Assembly: GCA_017632115.1 (NCBI GenBank)
Contig: JAGBRY010000113.1
Location: 1-48,081, forward strand
Length of the DNA stretch: 48,081 nucleotides
Source of the DNA: Alistipes sp.
GTDB lineage: Bacteria > Bacteroidota > Bacteroidia > Bacteroidales > Rikenellaceae
Direction: 5' to 3'
Within the stretch, counting starts at the first letter, position 1; the number at the start of each line of letters is the position of its first letter. The position numbers were made by a program, and so were the translations under genes. The notes beneath the pieces were generated by a model, which was given only the letters and a program-made list of their open reading frames with translations, was not told the origin of the DNA and ran no database searches. Shown piece by piece: positions 26,196-35,202 of the stretch.

Positions 26196-26886
26196 CAACC
26201 CTCTATCGGCCGACGAGCTCTCGCTCGACGAGGTGCGTGAACGCAACGAATATCTCTCCTCTTTCCTGTTGGAGAGTCGTATCGACACGCTCAACAGAGC
26301 GCTCGATATGCGCACCGAGTATCTGACCGTTATGACCGAGAATATGTTCCACGCACAGAATGCCAGCGCCATTGTGCGCCACTGCGAGGCGTTTGGTGTG
26401 CAGAACATCCATACGGTCGAGGATCTGTGTCCGTTTCTGCCGACCCTCAACATCGCACTCGGAACAGATAAGTGGATAGATGTCAAGCGCCACGCCACGA
26501 CCGCCGATGCAATAAAGGATCTGCGCAAGGAGGGCTATCGCATCATCGCCACTACCCCACACCACAAGAGTTGTACTCCCGAGACTTTCGATGTCAAGAA
26601 GGGTAAGTTTGTGCTTGTTTTCGGAACGGAGAAGACCGGTGTTTCGGAGGAGATTATGGCCGAAGCCGACGAGTTTTTGCAGATTCCGATGTGCGGAATG
26701 GTCGATTCGCTGAATGTATCGGCCTCGGCTGCCATTTTGATATATATGCTCTCGCAGCGTATGCGTCTTGAGTGCGACGATTGGCACCTCTCCGACGAGA
26801 AGCGCACACGCACACTCTACGATTGGTATCGCTACGCCGTAAGAGATTCGGAGGCGCTCCTTGAACGCAAATATCCTAAGAAATGA
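26176..26886 (+). CDS. TrmH/SpoU-family RNA methyltransferase
   Basis: NASAIVRHCEAFG, LVFGTEKTGVS, IPMCGMVDSLNVS. Confidence 0.9.
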   Translation: MTNTENNNPLSADELSLDEVRERNEYLSSFLLESRIDTLNRALDMRTEYLTVMTENMFHAQNASAIVRHCEAFGVQNIHTVEDLCPFLPTLNIALGTDKWIDVKRHATTADAIKDLRKEGYRIIATTPHHKSCTPETFDVKKGKFVLVFGTEKTGVSEEIMAEADEFLQIPMCGMVDSLNVSASAAILIYMLSQRMRLECDDWHLSDEKRTRTLYDWYRYAVRDSEALLERKYPKK

Positions 26887-27860
26887 GATATTTTACAATT
26901 TTAGTTGCTCTTCTTTTGGCGGGTTGTTCGCCTGTGTCGCAATATCGCACCGTCGATGGTTCGATGCTCGGCACCACTTACCATATTGTAGCCGAGACAT
27001 CGCTCTCAAGCGAGAGAATTTTCGAGGAGATGCAACGCATAAATCTCGAAGCGATAGCCTCGATGTCGATCTTCAATCCGAATTCGCAGTTGAGCCGCAT
27101 AAATCGCAACGAAAGCGACTCCGTCGATATTCATATCGCACGAAATATAGAGGTCGCAGCAAAGGTCAATGCCCTCACACCTCGCTACGATATTACCGTG
27201 AAACCGCTTGTCGAAGCCTACGGCTTTGCTGCCAAGAACCGTGAGGCAAAGCCAAATATCGACTCACTCATTCAGTTTGTCGGCTTCGATAAGTTCCACC
27301 TCGAAGGCCACCGCATCGTGAAAAAGGACTCCCGCCTGCAAATAGATTTGAACTCGGTAGCCAAAGGCTATGTTGTTGATCTTATTGCAGAGTGGCTCGA
27401 CAGACAAGGCGCAGAGAACTATATCGTCGAGGTTGGAGGTGAGATTTGCGCCAAGGGCGTAAATGCGAAAGGCATTGCGTGGCGTGTAGGCGTGGATACT
27501 CCGTTCGATAACAACAACTCGCCCGGTGCCCACCAGCAGAAGGTGGTGCAGATTAGTGGCTTGGCTCTTGCCACCTCGGGCAACTATCGCCGATTCTACT
27601 ACAATGACGCAGGTGAACGCATCTCGCACACATTAAACCCTCAAACAGGTCGTTCGCAGACCACTTCGCTCCTCTCGGCAACCGTCATAGCTCCTCGTTG
27701 CGCCGTAGCTGATGCATTGGCTACCGCCTTTATGGCTTCGGGCGAAAACGAAGCTATCGCACTTGCCAAAAGGTTGTGCGATAGCATACAGGTCTATTTC
27801 GTACTTGCACCCGAGCAGGGCAAAGAGGAGTATCGTGAGTTCTCAACCCTCTGCGAGTAG
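26883..27860 (+). CDS. apbE: FAD:protein FMN transferase (lipoprotein)
   Basis: Lipobox LAGC, MLGTTY, DLNSVAKGY, VEVGGE, ATSGNYR, ADALATA. Confidence 0.93.
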   Translation: MRYFTILVALLLAGCSPVSQYRTVDGSMLGTTYHIVAETSLSSERIFEEMQRINLEAIASMSIFNPNSQLSRINRNESDSVDIHIARNIEVAAKVNALTPRYDITVKPLVEAYGFAAKNREAKPNIDSLIQFVGFDKFHLEGHRIVKKDSRLQIDLNSVAKGYVVDLIAEWLDRQGAENYIVEVGGEICAKGVNAKGIAWRVGVDTPFDNNNSPGAHQQKVVQISGLALATSGNYRRFYYNDAGERISHTLNPQTGRSQTTSLLSATVIAPRCAVADALATAFMASGENEAIALAKRLCDSIQVYFVLAPEQGKEEYREFSTLCE

Positions 27861-27864
27861 CAAT

Positions 27865-28698
27865 CTATCTACATCCGAAACACTCGAACCAAGGATTATG
27901 CAGATTCTCCTTGTTGTAGCGTAGTGGTTCGTGGTCAGGCAACGAATGTACCGAACCTCCCGACTCGGCCAACACCAGCTCCGCAGCGGCCGTATCCCAC
28001 TCGTAGGTGGGTGTGGTGCGAGGATAGTAATCTATTGCACCCTCGGCCATTAAGCAGAACTTATAGGAGCTTCCCTGCTCGATAACCTCCGCCTCGGGGT
28101 GGTTCTTACGCATCTGCTCGACAAAGTGTTCGGTTTCGGCTGTTTGGTGCGAACGGGAAACAGCTATGCGGAACTCTCCGTCGGAGGTGCTCTTTAGTGG
28201 CAATATCTTCGCATTTTGTCGAATGTCGTCGTTGCCGTAATCTGCGCCTGCATCGGGTTTAATACCCTCCAGCAACATTGCACCACACCCCTTCTCAGCA
28301 AAGTATATCTTACCCAGATAGGGAACATAGACAATTGCTCCGATACACTCATTATCGGCCATCAAGGCGATATTAACGGTAAACTCATTGTTGCCTTTAA
28401 TAAACTCGATGGTGCCGTCGAGTGGATCTACAAGCCAGAACATCTCCCAATTCTTACGCTCATCGTAGAGCATCTCTCGACCCTCTTCCGAAAGAATTGG
28501 AATGCGTGTTTCACCCAGCACCTCCTTGATTTTGTTGTGGGCAAGGCGGTCTGCAATGGTCAGAGGTGTATTGTCGCTCTTAACCTTGATGTCGAAACCC
28601 TCTTTGGAGTCGTATACCTTCATTATCTCGGCCCCGGCACGCACCGCAGCATTGAAAGCTAAAGGTAAAAGGTAGGCTCTAAGTTGTTGATCTATCAT
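27865..28698 (-). CDS. cysQ: 3'(2'),5'-bisphosphate nucleotidase
   Basis: KSDNTPLTIAD, LSEEG, WLVDPLDGT.EFI, GSSYKFC, EWDTAA. Confidence 0.93.
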   Translation of the reverse strand: MIDQQLRAYLLPLAFNAAVRAGAEIMKVYDSKEGFDIKVKSDNTPLTIADRLAHNKIKEVLGETRIPILSEEGREMLYDERKNWEMFWLVDPLDGTIEFIKGNNEFTVNIALMADNECIGAIVYVPYLGKIYFAEKGCGAMLLEGIKPDAGADYGNDDIRQNAKILPLKSTSDGEFRIAVSRSHQTAETEHFVEQMRKNHPEAEVIEQGSSYKFCLMAEGAIDYYPRTTPTYEWDTAAAELVLAESGGSVHSLPDHEPLRYNKENLHNPWFECFGCR

Positions 28699-29678
28699 AA
28701 CGCATTTCTATTATCTCTTCGCTGTCGATTTCGGAGCACCGAGAGGCCCTTCTCAAGCTCCTCTCCATCACACTTGCTCTCTTTGTAAAGATAGTGAAAA
28801 TTTCTCACTGTTTCAACTAAATAACGATAAAAATTTCTCCACATTGTATCGAGCCGCAAGAATAGCCCCTTTTCGGTTACCACACGACACGAAACATACA
28901 GAAATAGTCCGACTGCCACCATCGACACCACCGCCGATACAAACATCAGCACACTATCGAAGAGCCACGCCGTCAGCGCCATAGCCGTAGGCAGCAAAAG
29001 TGCTACAATGGCAAATAGTCGGCCTCGCTTTTGCCAAGCTAAAGCGTGATTGGTACGAAGTCGCAAATAGCCATTCGGGCGCTTGGTGGTTGCCTTTTCG
29101 AGATGCGCATCGCTCCCTACGATACTTCGAAGCGAGAGAGAAGTTACAGAGTGTTGCGAAGCGATAAGATTGGCGCAATAGGTTATGACATTGCGCTCCA
29201 CAATGCTCTCGCCCTGCAGATGAAGCACATAGTCGTATGAGGCGACCCTCTTGCCCACATCCAAGGCTGCACCCCGATATTCGGCAGGCAGATCGACAAG
29301 CACCACCCTACGAAATGCCCGATGACGAGAGCGATACAAAGCCCTTACGCCCTCGAGGTGGGTATGATTTACCCTTATAAGGTGATATCTCCCGACCAAC
29401 TCTCCCAACGAGTGGAGCGGATGCTGCAGGTCGGTTATGACGATTGCCTCGCTGCGGGGATACTCCTCTTCGAGCAGAGCGATAAGCGGAGCTGATGTTT
29501 CGGGGTACTCCACCACCGCCGAGACTCCGATATGGGCAATACCTTCACGCATTCGGCAGACAATCGTCGTCAAACGACAGGAGCGATACCATACCGCCAC
29601 AAACACCACCGCTCCGACAAGCGACAGGAGCGAGAGAGCAAAAAACAGAGCAGAGATTAGTTGCATACCATTCGACAT
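28695..29678 (-). CDS. Membrane protein, degenerate GT2-like
   Basis: N-terminal and C-terminal transmembrane helices; residual GT2 pattern (LLEEEYP..EAIVITD, VRALYRS, VVLVD, ALDVG..ASYDYVL) without DxD. Confidence 0.6.
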   Translation of the reverse strand: MSNGMQLISALFFALSLLSLVGAVVFVAVWYRSCRLTTIVCRMREGIAHIGVSAVVEYPETSAPLIALLEEEYPRSEAIVITDLQHPLHSLGELVGRYHLIRVNHTHLEGVRALYRSRHRAFRRVVLVDLPAEYRGAALDVGKRVASYDYVLHLQGESIVERNVITYCANLIASQHSVTSLSLRSIVGSDAHLEKATTKRPNGYLRLRTNHALAWQKRGRLFAIVALLLPTAMALTAWLFDSVLMFVSAVVSMVAVGLFLYVSCRVVTEKGLFLRLDTMWRNFYRYLVETVRNFHYLYKESKCDGEELEKGLSVLRNRQRRDNRNAL

Positions 29679-30592
29679 TTATAGGAGTTTATTCGTTGCG
29701 AAAAGAGGGTGCGCTCCTCGGCTGTAAGCAGGTGGGCACACGAACGCAGAGAGTAGCAGTTCTGCACTGCGTGGAGCAGGAATGACAGTCGCTGATGGGG
29801 CATAAGGCGCAGCACGGCACCTCTCGCTTGCGCAGTAGAGATGTCGCCCCGCACAGAGCAGAGCGTCTGCAATGCCATATACGACACCTCGCCATCTTCC
29901 GACTCGGCAAGGCGTTGCAAATGTGGCTCGGCATCGACCGCCAAGAGGGTGCCGCAGATATAGATGCCCAGAAGTTGCAGATTGCGATTCTCCGACAATA
30001 GCAACGGAGTGTAGGCAATTGGAGCACCTGTTCGGCGAAGCAACTGCTCCAAAACCGCCACCTCGTAGAGGGTGAGTGAGTCATTAAATCGCACGATATG
30101 GCGTATTGCCCGATCGGGTCGAGCCGAGACAAGTGCCGCCGTAGCGTGAAAGCGAATTGCACGATGGTCGCTCTCTATATAGTCGGATGCATACTCAGCC
30201 ATAGTGGCTACATAGGGCAGAGAGGAGAGCTTCGAGAGGTTATTCACCCTCGACTCCCCGCTTCGCCGATCTATCTGGCGGACCAGATAATAGTCGAGTT
30301 CGCACACCTCGATAATAAGCACAAGACGGTTGAGCGAATTGCCATATATTCTCTCCGAGATAAACAGGGCCGAATCGAGTATCAAATCCATCGGAAATCG
30401 CAGGCGCAATCCTCGCATCTCCTTGTCGCTCGGCTCCTCCTCTGCCATAATCATAGCCGAGATGTGCCAAATGCATCGAGCCATAAGATATAGGCGGCAC
30501 CTACGATAGAGGCTCTGCGACAACTGCGCTGCAAGCGCTCCCATCGGCAAGGCCAAGGCGACCATTGCCACCTCATTCAGCATATTTATCAT
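29657..30592 (-). CDS. Helical (HEAT-repeat-like) hypothetical protein
   Basis: N-terminal hydrophobic segment; repeats such as SDHRAIRFHATAAL, LLSENRNLQLLG, LAESEDGEVSYMALQTL; overlaps both neighbours. Confidence 0.6.
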   Translation of the reverse strand: MINMLNEVAMVALALPMGALAAQLSQSLYRRCRLYLMARCIWHISAMIMAEEEPSDKEMRGLRLRFPMDLILDSALFISERIYGNSLNRLVLIIEVCELDYYLVRQIDRRSGESRVNNLSKLSSLPYVATMAEYASDYIESDHRAIRFHATAALVSARPDRAIRHIVRFNDSLTLYEVAVLEQLLRRTGAPIAYTPLLLSENRNLQLLGIYICGTLLAVDAEPHLQRLAESEDGEVSYMALQTLCSVRGDISTAQARGAVLRLMPHQRLSFLLHAVQNCYSLRSCAHLLTAEERTLFSQRINSYKCRMVCN

Positions 30593-30954
30593 ACGAATTC
30601 ACGGTATTGAGTGGAGACCTTGCAACGGAGCCGCTCGGGGGCTACAGGCATTGTGATAAACTGATTTACACCCTCCTCGAGCAGAGCGGTAACCGTATCC
30701 TCGGAGAGGTCGTGCGATAGCACAAAAATTTGAGGCATAATGCCACCTTGACGGATTTGCGCCATTGCATCCGACCCATTCATAAACATGCGAACATCGT
30801 CGGTGAGTACAAGGTCGCACTTCGATGTTTGACAGATGCGAAACAACTCCTCACGAGTGGCTGATGTCACAAAGAAGGCGTGAACATTTAATAGCAGCCC
30901 TCTAATTAAGGCTCGGAACTCGGCACGAGGCGAGTGAATAACAACTTTTCTCAT
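30589..30954 (-). CDS. Single-domain, atypical response regulator receiver
   Basis: CDLVLTD, IFVLS, ALLEEGVNQFITMP receiver fold; start set at ATG 30954. Confidence 0.7.
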   Translation of the reverse strand: MRKVVIHSPRAEFRALIRGLLLNVHAFFVTSATREELFRICQTSKCDLVLTDDVRMFMNGSDAMAQIRQGGIMPQIFVLSHDLSEDTVTALLEEGVNQFITMPVAPERLRCKVSTQYREFV

Positions 30955-31093
30955 TCTAAAAAACCATTTTACTCCCGTTGCACAAAGCCAAAAATATGCC
31001 AATCGTAAGGAGTTGGCGATTTTTTTGGCAATTAGCAATTTTATTGCTATCTTTGGGAGATAATGAACTTAAAACCTAAAAACTACAATCACT

Positions 31094-32527
31094 ATGTTTA
31101 ACGAAAATCAGATTCACGAAATCGAGGCTCACGGCTTGACCGTAGCACAGGTCGAGGCTCAAATTGAGGCATTCAAGAGAGGCTTTCCATCACTCGAAGT
31201 TGTAAAGGCTGCTTCGCCCGAGGATGGCATCACAATCCTTTCAGAGGAGGAGTGTGACAACGCCGTTAAGTACTACGATGCTATTGCCGAGCAACTTGAG
31301 GTTGTAAAGTTTGTACCTGCATCGGGTGCCGCAACCCGTATGTTTAAGGAGTTGTTCGAGTTTGTGAACGACGACAAGCGTGGCAAGGGCATCGACACTC
31401 TTTTGCAGAATATCGAGAAGTTTGCCTTCTACGAGGAGTTGAAGGCTACAGGCGTAGATTTTGCCGACGACAAGGCCGTTGTTTCGGCAATCATCAAGGA
31501 AGGTCTTAACTACGGTGCAAAGCCAAAGGGTTTGGTAACTTTCCACAACTATGAGGAGGGTGCTCGCAAGGCTATCGAGGAGCACTTGATGGAGGGTGCA
31601 CAGTATGCCGCATCGAAGGGTGTTTCTCGCCTTCACTTCACTGTATCGCCTGAGCACAAGGCAGCCTTCAAGGCTCTGCTCGACGAGCGTGTAGCTCACT
31701 ACGAGGCTAAGTTCGGCATCCGCTACGACATCTCTTTCTCGGAGCAGAAGCCTTCAACCGATACCATTGCGGTAAATCCTGACAACACTCCATTCCTCAC
31801 CGATGAGGGTAAGCTTTTGTTCCGCCCTGCGGGTCACGGAGCATTGCTCTCGAACCTCAACGACATCGAGGCCGATGTAATCTTCGTTAAGAATATCGAC
31901 AATGTTACCACCGACGCTCTCCGTGGCGACACCATTCGCTACAAGAAGGCCTTGGCAGGTATTCTGCTCGACCTTCAGGCGCAGGCATTTGCTCACCTCA
32001 AGGCTTTGAATGAGGGTGTAGCCGAGTTGGCAGTTGTAGCCGAGTTCGTGGAGAAGAAGCTCTGCACAAAGCTCCCGGTTGAGTACGATGCGACATTGCT
32101 CAAGGCGTTGCTCGAGCGTCCTATCCGTATTTGTGGTATGGTGCGCAACGAGGGCGAGCCTGGCGGTGGCCCATTCTGGGTAAAGAACGACGACGGCACA
32201 CAGTCGTTGCAGATTGCCGAGTCGAGCCAGATTTCGGCTGAGGATATGCCTTTGATGAAGGAGGCTACCCACTTCAATCCGGTTGATTTGGTTTGTGGCG
32301 TACGCAAAGCTGATGGCTCGAAGTTCGATTTGATGGGTTACACCGACCCTAAGACCGGTTTTATCTCTTCGAAGTCGAGCGGTGGTCGTGAGTTGCGTGC
32401 ACAGGAGTTGCCTGGTTTGTGGAATGGTGCAATGGCTAAGTGGAACACCATCTTCGTGGATGTGCCTATCTCAACATTCTCGCCAGTGAAGGTTGTTCAG
32501 GATTTGCTCCGTCCACAACACCAATAG
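31094..32527 (+). CDS. DUF4301-family protein (nucleotidyltransferase-like)
   Basis: KFVPASGAATRMFK, FRPAGHGAL, FVKNIDNV, GEPGGGPFW, THFNPVDLVC, ELPGLWNGAM; -7 box at 31048-31055. Confidence 0.88.
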   Translation: MFNENQIHEIEAHGLTVAQVEAQIEAFKRGFPSLEVVKAASPEDGITILSEEECDNAVKYYDAIAEQLEVVKFVPASGAATRMFKELFEFVNDDKRGKGIDTLLQNIEKFAFYEELKATGVDFADDKAVVSAIIKEGLNYGAKPKGLVTFHNYEEGARKAIEEHLMEGAQYAASKGVSRLHFTVSPEHKAAFKALLDERVAHYEAKFGIRYDISFSEQKPSTDTIAVNPDNTPFLTDEGKLLFRPAGHGALLSNLNDIEADVIFVKNIDNVTTDALRGDTIRYKKALAGILLDLQAQAFAHLKALNEGVAELAVVAEFVEKKLCTKLPVEYDATLLKALLERPIRICGMVRNEGEPGGGPFWVKNDDGTQSLQIAESSQISAEDMPLMKEATHFNPVDLVCGVRKADGSKFDLMGYTDPKTGFISSKSSGGRELRAQELPGLWNGAMAKWNTIFVDVPISTFSPVKVVQDLLRPQHQ

Positions 32528-32558
32528 GAGATTAACCACAATAACCACAATAAAGAAT

Positions 32559-34436
32559 ATGAAGAATTTTAGATTTGCACTCGTATGCCTTGTTATGGTG
32601 TGCTGTGCAGGAGTGCTTACGGCACAAGAGTTGATTCCTACCCCTGTGGAGGTTTCGTACAAGGGTAAGAAAAAGGTTAAGATTGAGCAGGTGGATGCTA
32701 AGGTAGATGCTTCGCTCAACCTTCCGGAGGAGGGCTACACCCTCGAGATTAAGGGTACTACCGCCGTACTTCGTGCGAAGACAGCGCAGGGCTTGGTTTG
32801 GGCAAACGCCACACTCGCTCAACTCAAAGATGAGGATGGTTTGGTGCGCATAGCAAAAATCAAGGACTATCCTGCATTCCCTATCCGTGGCTTTATGCAC
32901 GATACAGGTCGTAACTTCCGCTCTGTGGAGAACCTCAAAAAGGATATCGACCTCTTCTCGGCTTACAAGCTCAATGTATTCCATTGGCACTTGACCGATA
33001 ACCCCGCTTGGCGCATCGAAAGCAAGTGCTATCCACAGCTCAACGACCCGAAGTACTGCCCTGCAGCTCGTAACCCGGGTAAGTTCTACACCTACGACGA
33101 GATCCGTGATGTGATTAAGTATGCCAAGGAGCGTGGCGTGATGATTATCCCTGAGCTCGACATCCCGGGACATAGCCAATACTTTTGGACTATCTTCGGT
33201 TGCTATATGGAGAGCGAGAAGGGTATGAAGATTCTCGACAAGCTCTTTGCCGAGTTCTTCGCCGAGATTTCGGCCGAGGATTGCCCTTACATTCACCTCG
33301 GTTCGGACGAGGTGCGTCGCAAGATGAAGGATGCTGAGGGTTTTGTTCGCTACTACGAGCAGTTCCTCGCAAAGCACAACCGTATTCCGCTCGTTTGGGA
33401 TCCGGGTATCAAACCGTCATCGACCACCGTTTGTCAGATCTGGAACGAGGCTATCAAGAATAGCATTGCCGAGAATAAGACCTACAAGAATCCTTATGTG
33501 GATTCGTATATGGGTTACCTCAACCACAGTAACCCTGTAAACAATATGCATCGTCACTTCTTGCACCAGATGTGTGCAGCCGAGAAGGGCACAGACCGTG
33601 CTTTGGGAGGCATTCTCTGTTTGTGGAACGATGTTCGACTCGCATCGGAGGAGCAGCTCTTCCCAATCAACGGAATGCCACTCGTAATGCTCCCATTTGC
33701 AGAGCGTGCATGGGTAGGTGGCAAGGGCTATGGCCTTACTTACGATATGCTCGTACCCGGTCCTGAGAATCAGGGACACCACGACCTCGTAGCCTTCGAG
33801 AAGAAGTTGGCATACCATCGTGACCACCAATTCAAGGATGTCGACTGCCACTGGGTAGCCAACGCACATATTCCTTGGCAGGTAACAATCCCTGCAGCAC
33901 AGGGCACCAAGATGGAGGATATGAAGTGGGAGAAGGCTTATGGTGGTTCGGTAAACCTCCACGCCTTTGCAAAGGCACATGAAGGCAACACCGGCAAGAG
34001 CCGTATCGCCTACCTCAAGACCGAGATCTACTCAGATGAGGATCGTGAGATATCGGCTTGGGTATCGCTCGAGACACCTTCTCGCTCAACCCGTCGTTCG
34101 GCAGGTATTGGCGAGCAGGGCGAGTGGGAGACCGGCGGTAAGGTAACTATCAACGGTGAGCCTGTAGTACCTCCTACCCCTTGGAAGGAACCGGGTATGT
34201 ACTCGTACCACTTCAGCACCTACAAGTATCCGGATATTCAGAACTTGGCTTGGACCAACGAGCAGTTGTTCTGGATGCGTGAGCCTGCAAAGCTCAAACT
34301 GAAGAAGGGTTGGAACACCCTCCTTATCGAGGCTCCGCTCCACTACTCTACTCCATTCTGGTATGTATCATTCTCGCCTGTCGAGGTAGGCAAGGATGGT
34401 CGCTGGACCGAGGTTAAGGGTTTGCAGTACCGATAG
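32559..34436 (+). CDS. GH20 beta-N-acetylhexosaminidase (exported)
   Basis: Signal peptide; DYPAFPIRGFMHDTGRNF, NVFHWHLTD, PELDIPGHS, catalytic HLGSDE. Confidence 0.93.
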   Translation: MKNFRFALVCLVMVCCAGVLTAQELIPTPVEVSYKGKKKVKIEQVDAKVDASLNLPEEGYTLEIKGTTAVLRAKTAQGLVWANATLAQLKDEDGLVRIAKIKDYPAFPIRGFMHDTGRNFRSVENLKKDIDLFSAYKLNVFHWHLTDNPAWRIESKCYPQLNDPKYCPAARNPGKFYTYDEIRDVIKYAKERGVMIIPELDIPGHSQYFWTIFGCYMESEKGMKILDKLFAEFFAEISAEDCPYIHLGSDEVRRKMKDAEGFVRYYEQFLAKHNRIPLVWDPGIKPSSTTVCQIWNEAIKNSIAENKTYKNPYVDSYMGYLNHSNPVNNMHRHFLHQMCAAEKGTDRALGGILCLWNDVRLASEEQLFPINGMPLVMLPFAERAWVGGKGYGLTYDMLVPGPENQGHHDLVAFEKKLAYHRDHQFKDVDCHWVANAHIPWQVTIPAAQGTKMEDMKWEKAYGGSVNLHAFAKAHEGNTGKSRIAYLKTEIYSDEDREISAWVSLETPSRSTRRSAGIGEQGEWETGGKVTINGEPVVPPTPWKEPGMYSYHFSTYKYPDIQNLAWTNEQLFWMREPAKLKLKKGWNTLLIEAPLHYSTPFWYVSFSPVEVGKDGRWTEVKGLQYR

Positions 34437-34452
34437 GGTTATACCTATATAT

Positions 34453-34490
34453 AATAAATAAGGACTTCCGCTCGGAAGTCCTTATTTATT
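34453..34490 (+). terminator. Intrinsic terminator after GH20
   Basis: AATAAATAAGGACTTCCG-CT-CGGAAGTCCTTATTTATT. Confidence 0.85.
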
Positions 34491-34518
34491 GGAGGCTATT
34501 AGCTATAAAAAATATCAC

Positions 34519-34555
34519 ATTTGACACAACTTGTCAAATCGAAGTCGTAACTTTG
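34519..34555 (+). promoter_or_regulatory. Palindromic operator plus -7 box upstream of the EVE-like gene
   Basis: ATTTGACA-CAACT-TGTCAAAT (34519-34539) and TAACTTTG (34548-34555). Confidence 0.55.
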
Positions 34556-34581
34556 CACCATAACCTAAAAATATATCAGAC

Positions 34582-35148
34582 ATGAGAACACCATCGCACT
34601 ACACTGAGAAAAAGCCTAAAAAGCGCATAAATCAGCGCACATATGTTTTAATGTGGAATCCTAAAATCTCTTCATACTCTCAAGCAGAATTTGATTGCGA
34701 TCTTTATCGACTATCCAATGAAGAAGATATTGAACTTGATTGGAGTATTGCAGAGTGGAGAGAGGCCCGAAAGGGGGACCACTTCTACATGATTAAAGTC
34801 GGTAAGGGCAAATGCGGAGTTGTGATGTCGGGTACCTTCAAGTCGAAACCGCATCTTGGGCAAGATTGGAGGGATGGCAAGAGAGAGAAAATTCTTTATG
34901 TAGATTTAGAGATAAAACATATGATTCTCCCTCAACGATGTCCATTGCTAACAACAAAAAAGCTATCGGAGGCTATTCCAGACTTCGAATGGAGCGGTGG
35001 ATCGTCAGGACGACTTCTCTCGTCCGAGCAAGCAGAGAAACTGAATAACCTATGGGATGAGTATCTTGACAAGCACTACTATCTATTCTTGCCACGAGCA
35101 GCAGAAGCGATAGACAAAAGCAAAAGGCGCTATTGTATTATCGACTAA
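34582..35148 (+). CDS. EVE/PUA-like domain protein
   Basis: TYVLMWNP, WSI...ARKGDHFYMIKVG..GVVMSG, YVDL..., W.GGSSG; more AT-rich than its neighbours. Confidence 0.65.
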   Translation: MRTPSHYTEKKPKKRINQRTYVLMWNPKISSYSQAEFDCDLYRLSNEEDIELDWSIAEWREARKGDHFYMIKVGKGKCGVVMSGTFKSKPHLGQDWRDGKREKILYVDLEIKHMILPQRCPLLTTKKLSEAIPDFEWSGGSSGRLLSSEQAEKLNNLWDEYLDKHYYLFLPRAAEAIDKSKRRYCIID

Positions 35149-35153
35149 TAATA

Positions 35154-35186
35154 AAATGGGGCGCCATAAGGCACCCCATTTCTTTT
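35154..35186. terminator. Bidirectional terminator between convergent genes
   Basis: AAATGGGGCGCC-ATAA-GGCACCCCATTT with one mismatch. Confidence 0.75.
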
Positions 35187-35202
35187 GTATTTTGCCACTT
35201 GC

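Noticed and set aside
32533-32553. TAACCACAA tandem duplication before GH20
   Set aside because: Only about two copies in an A-rich translation initiation region; not distinguishable from chance.
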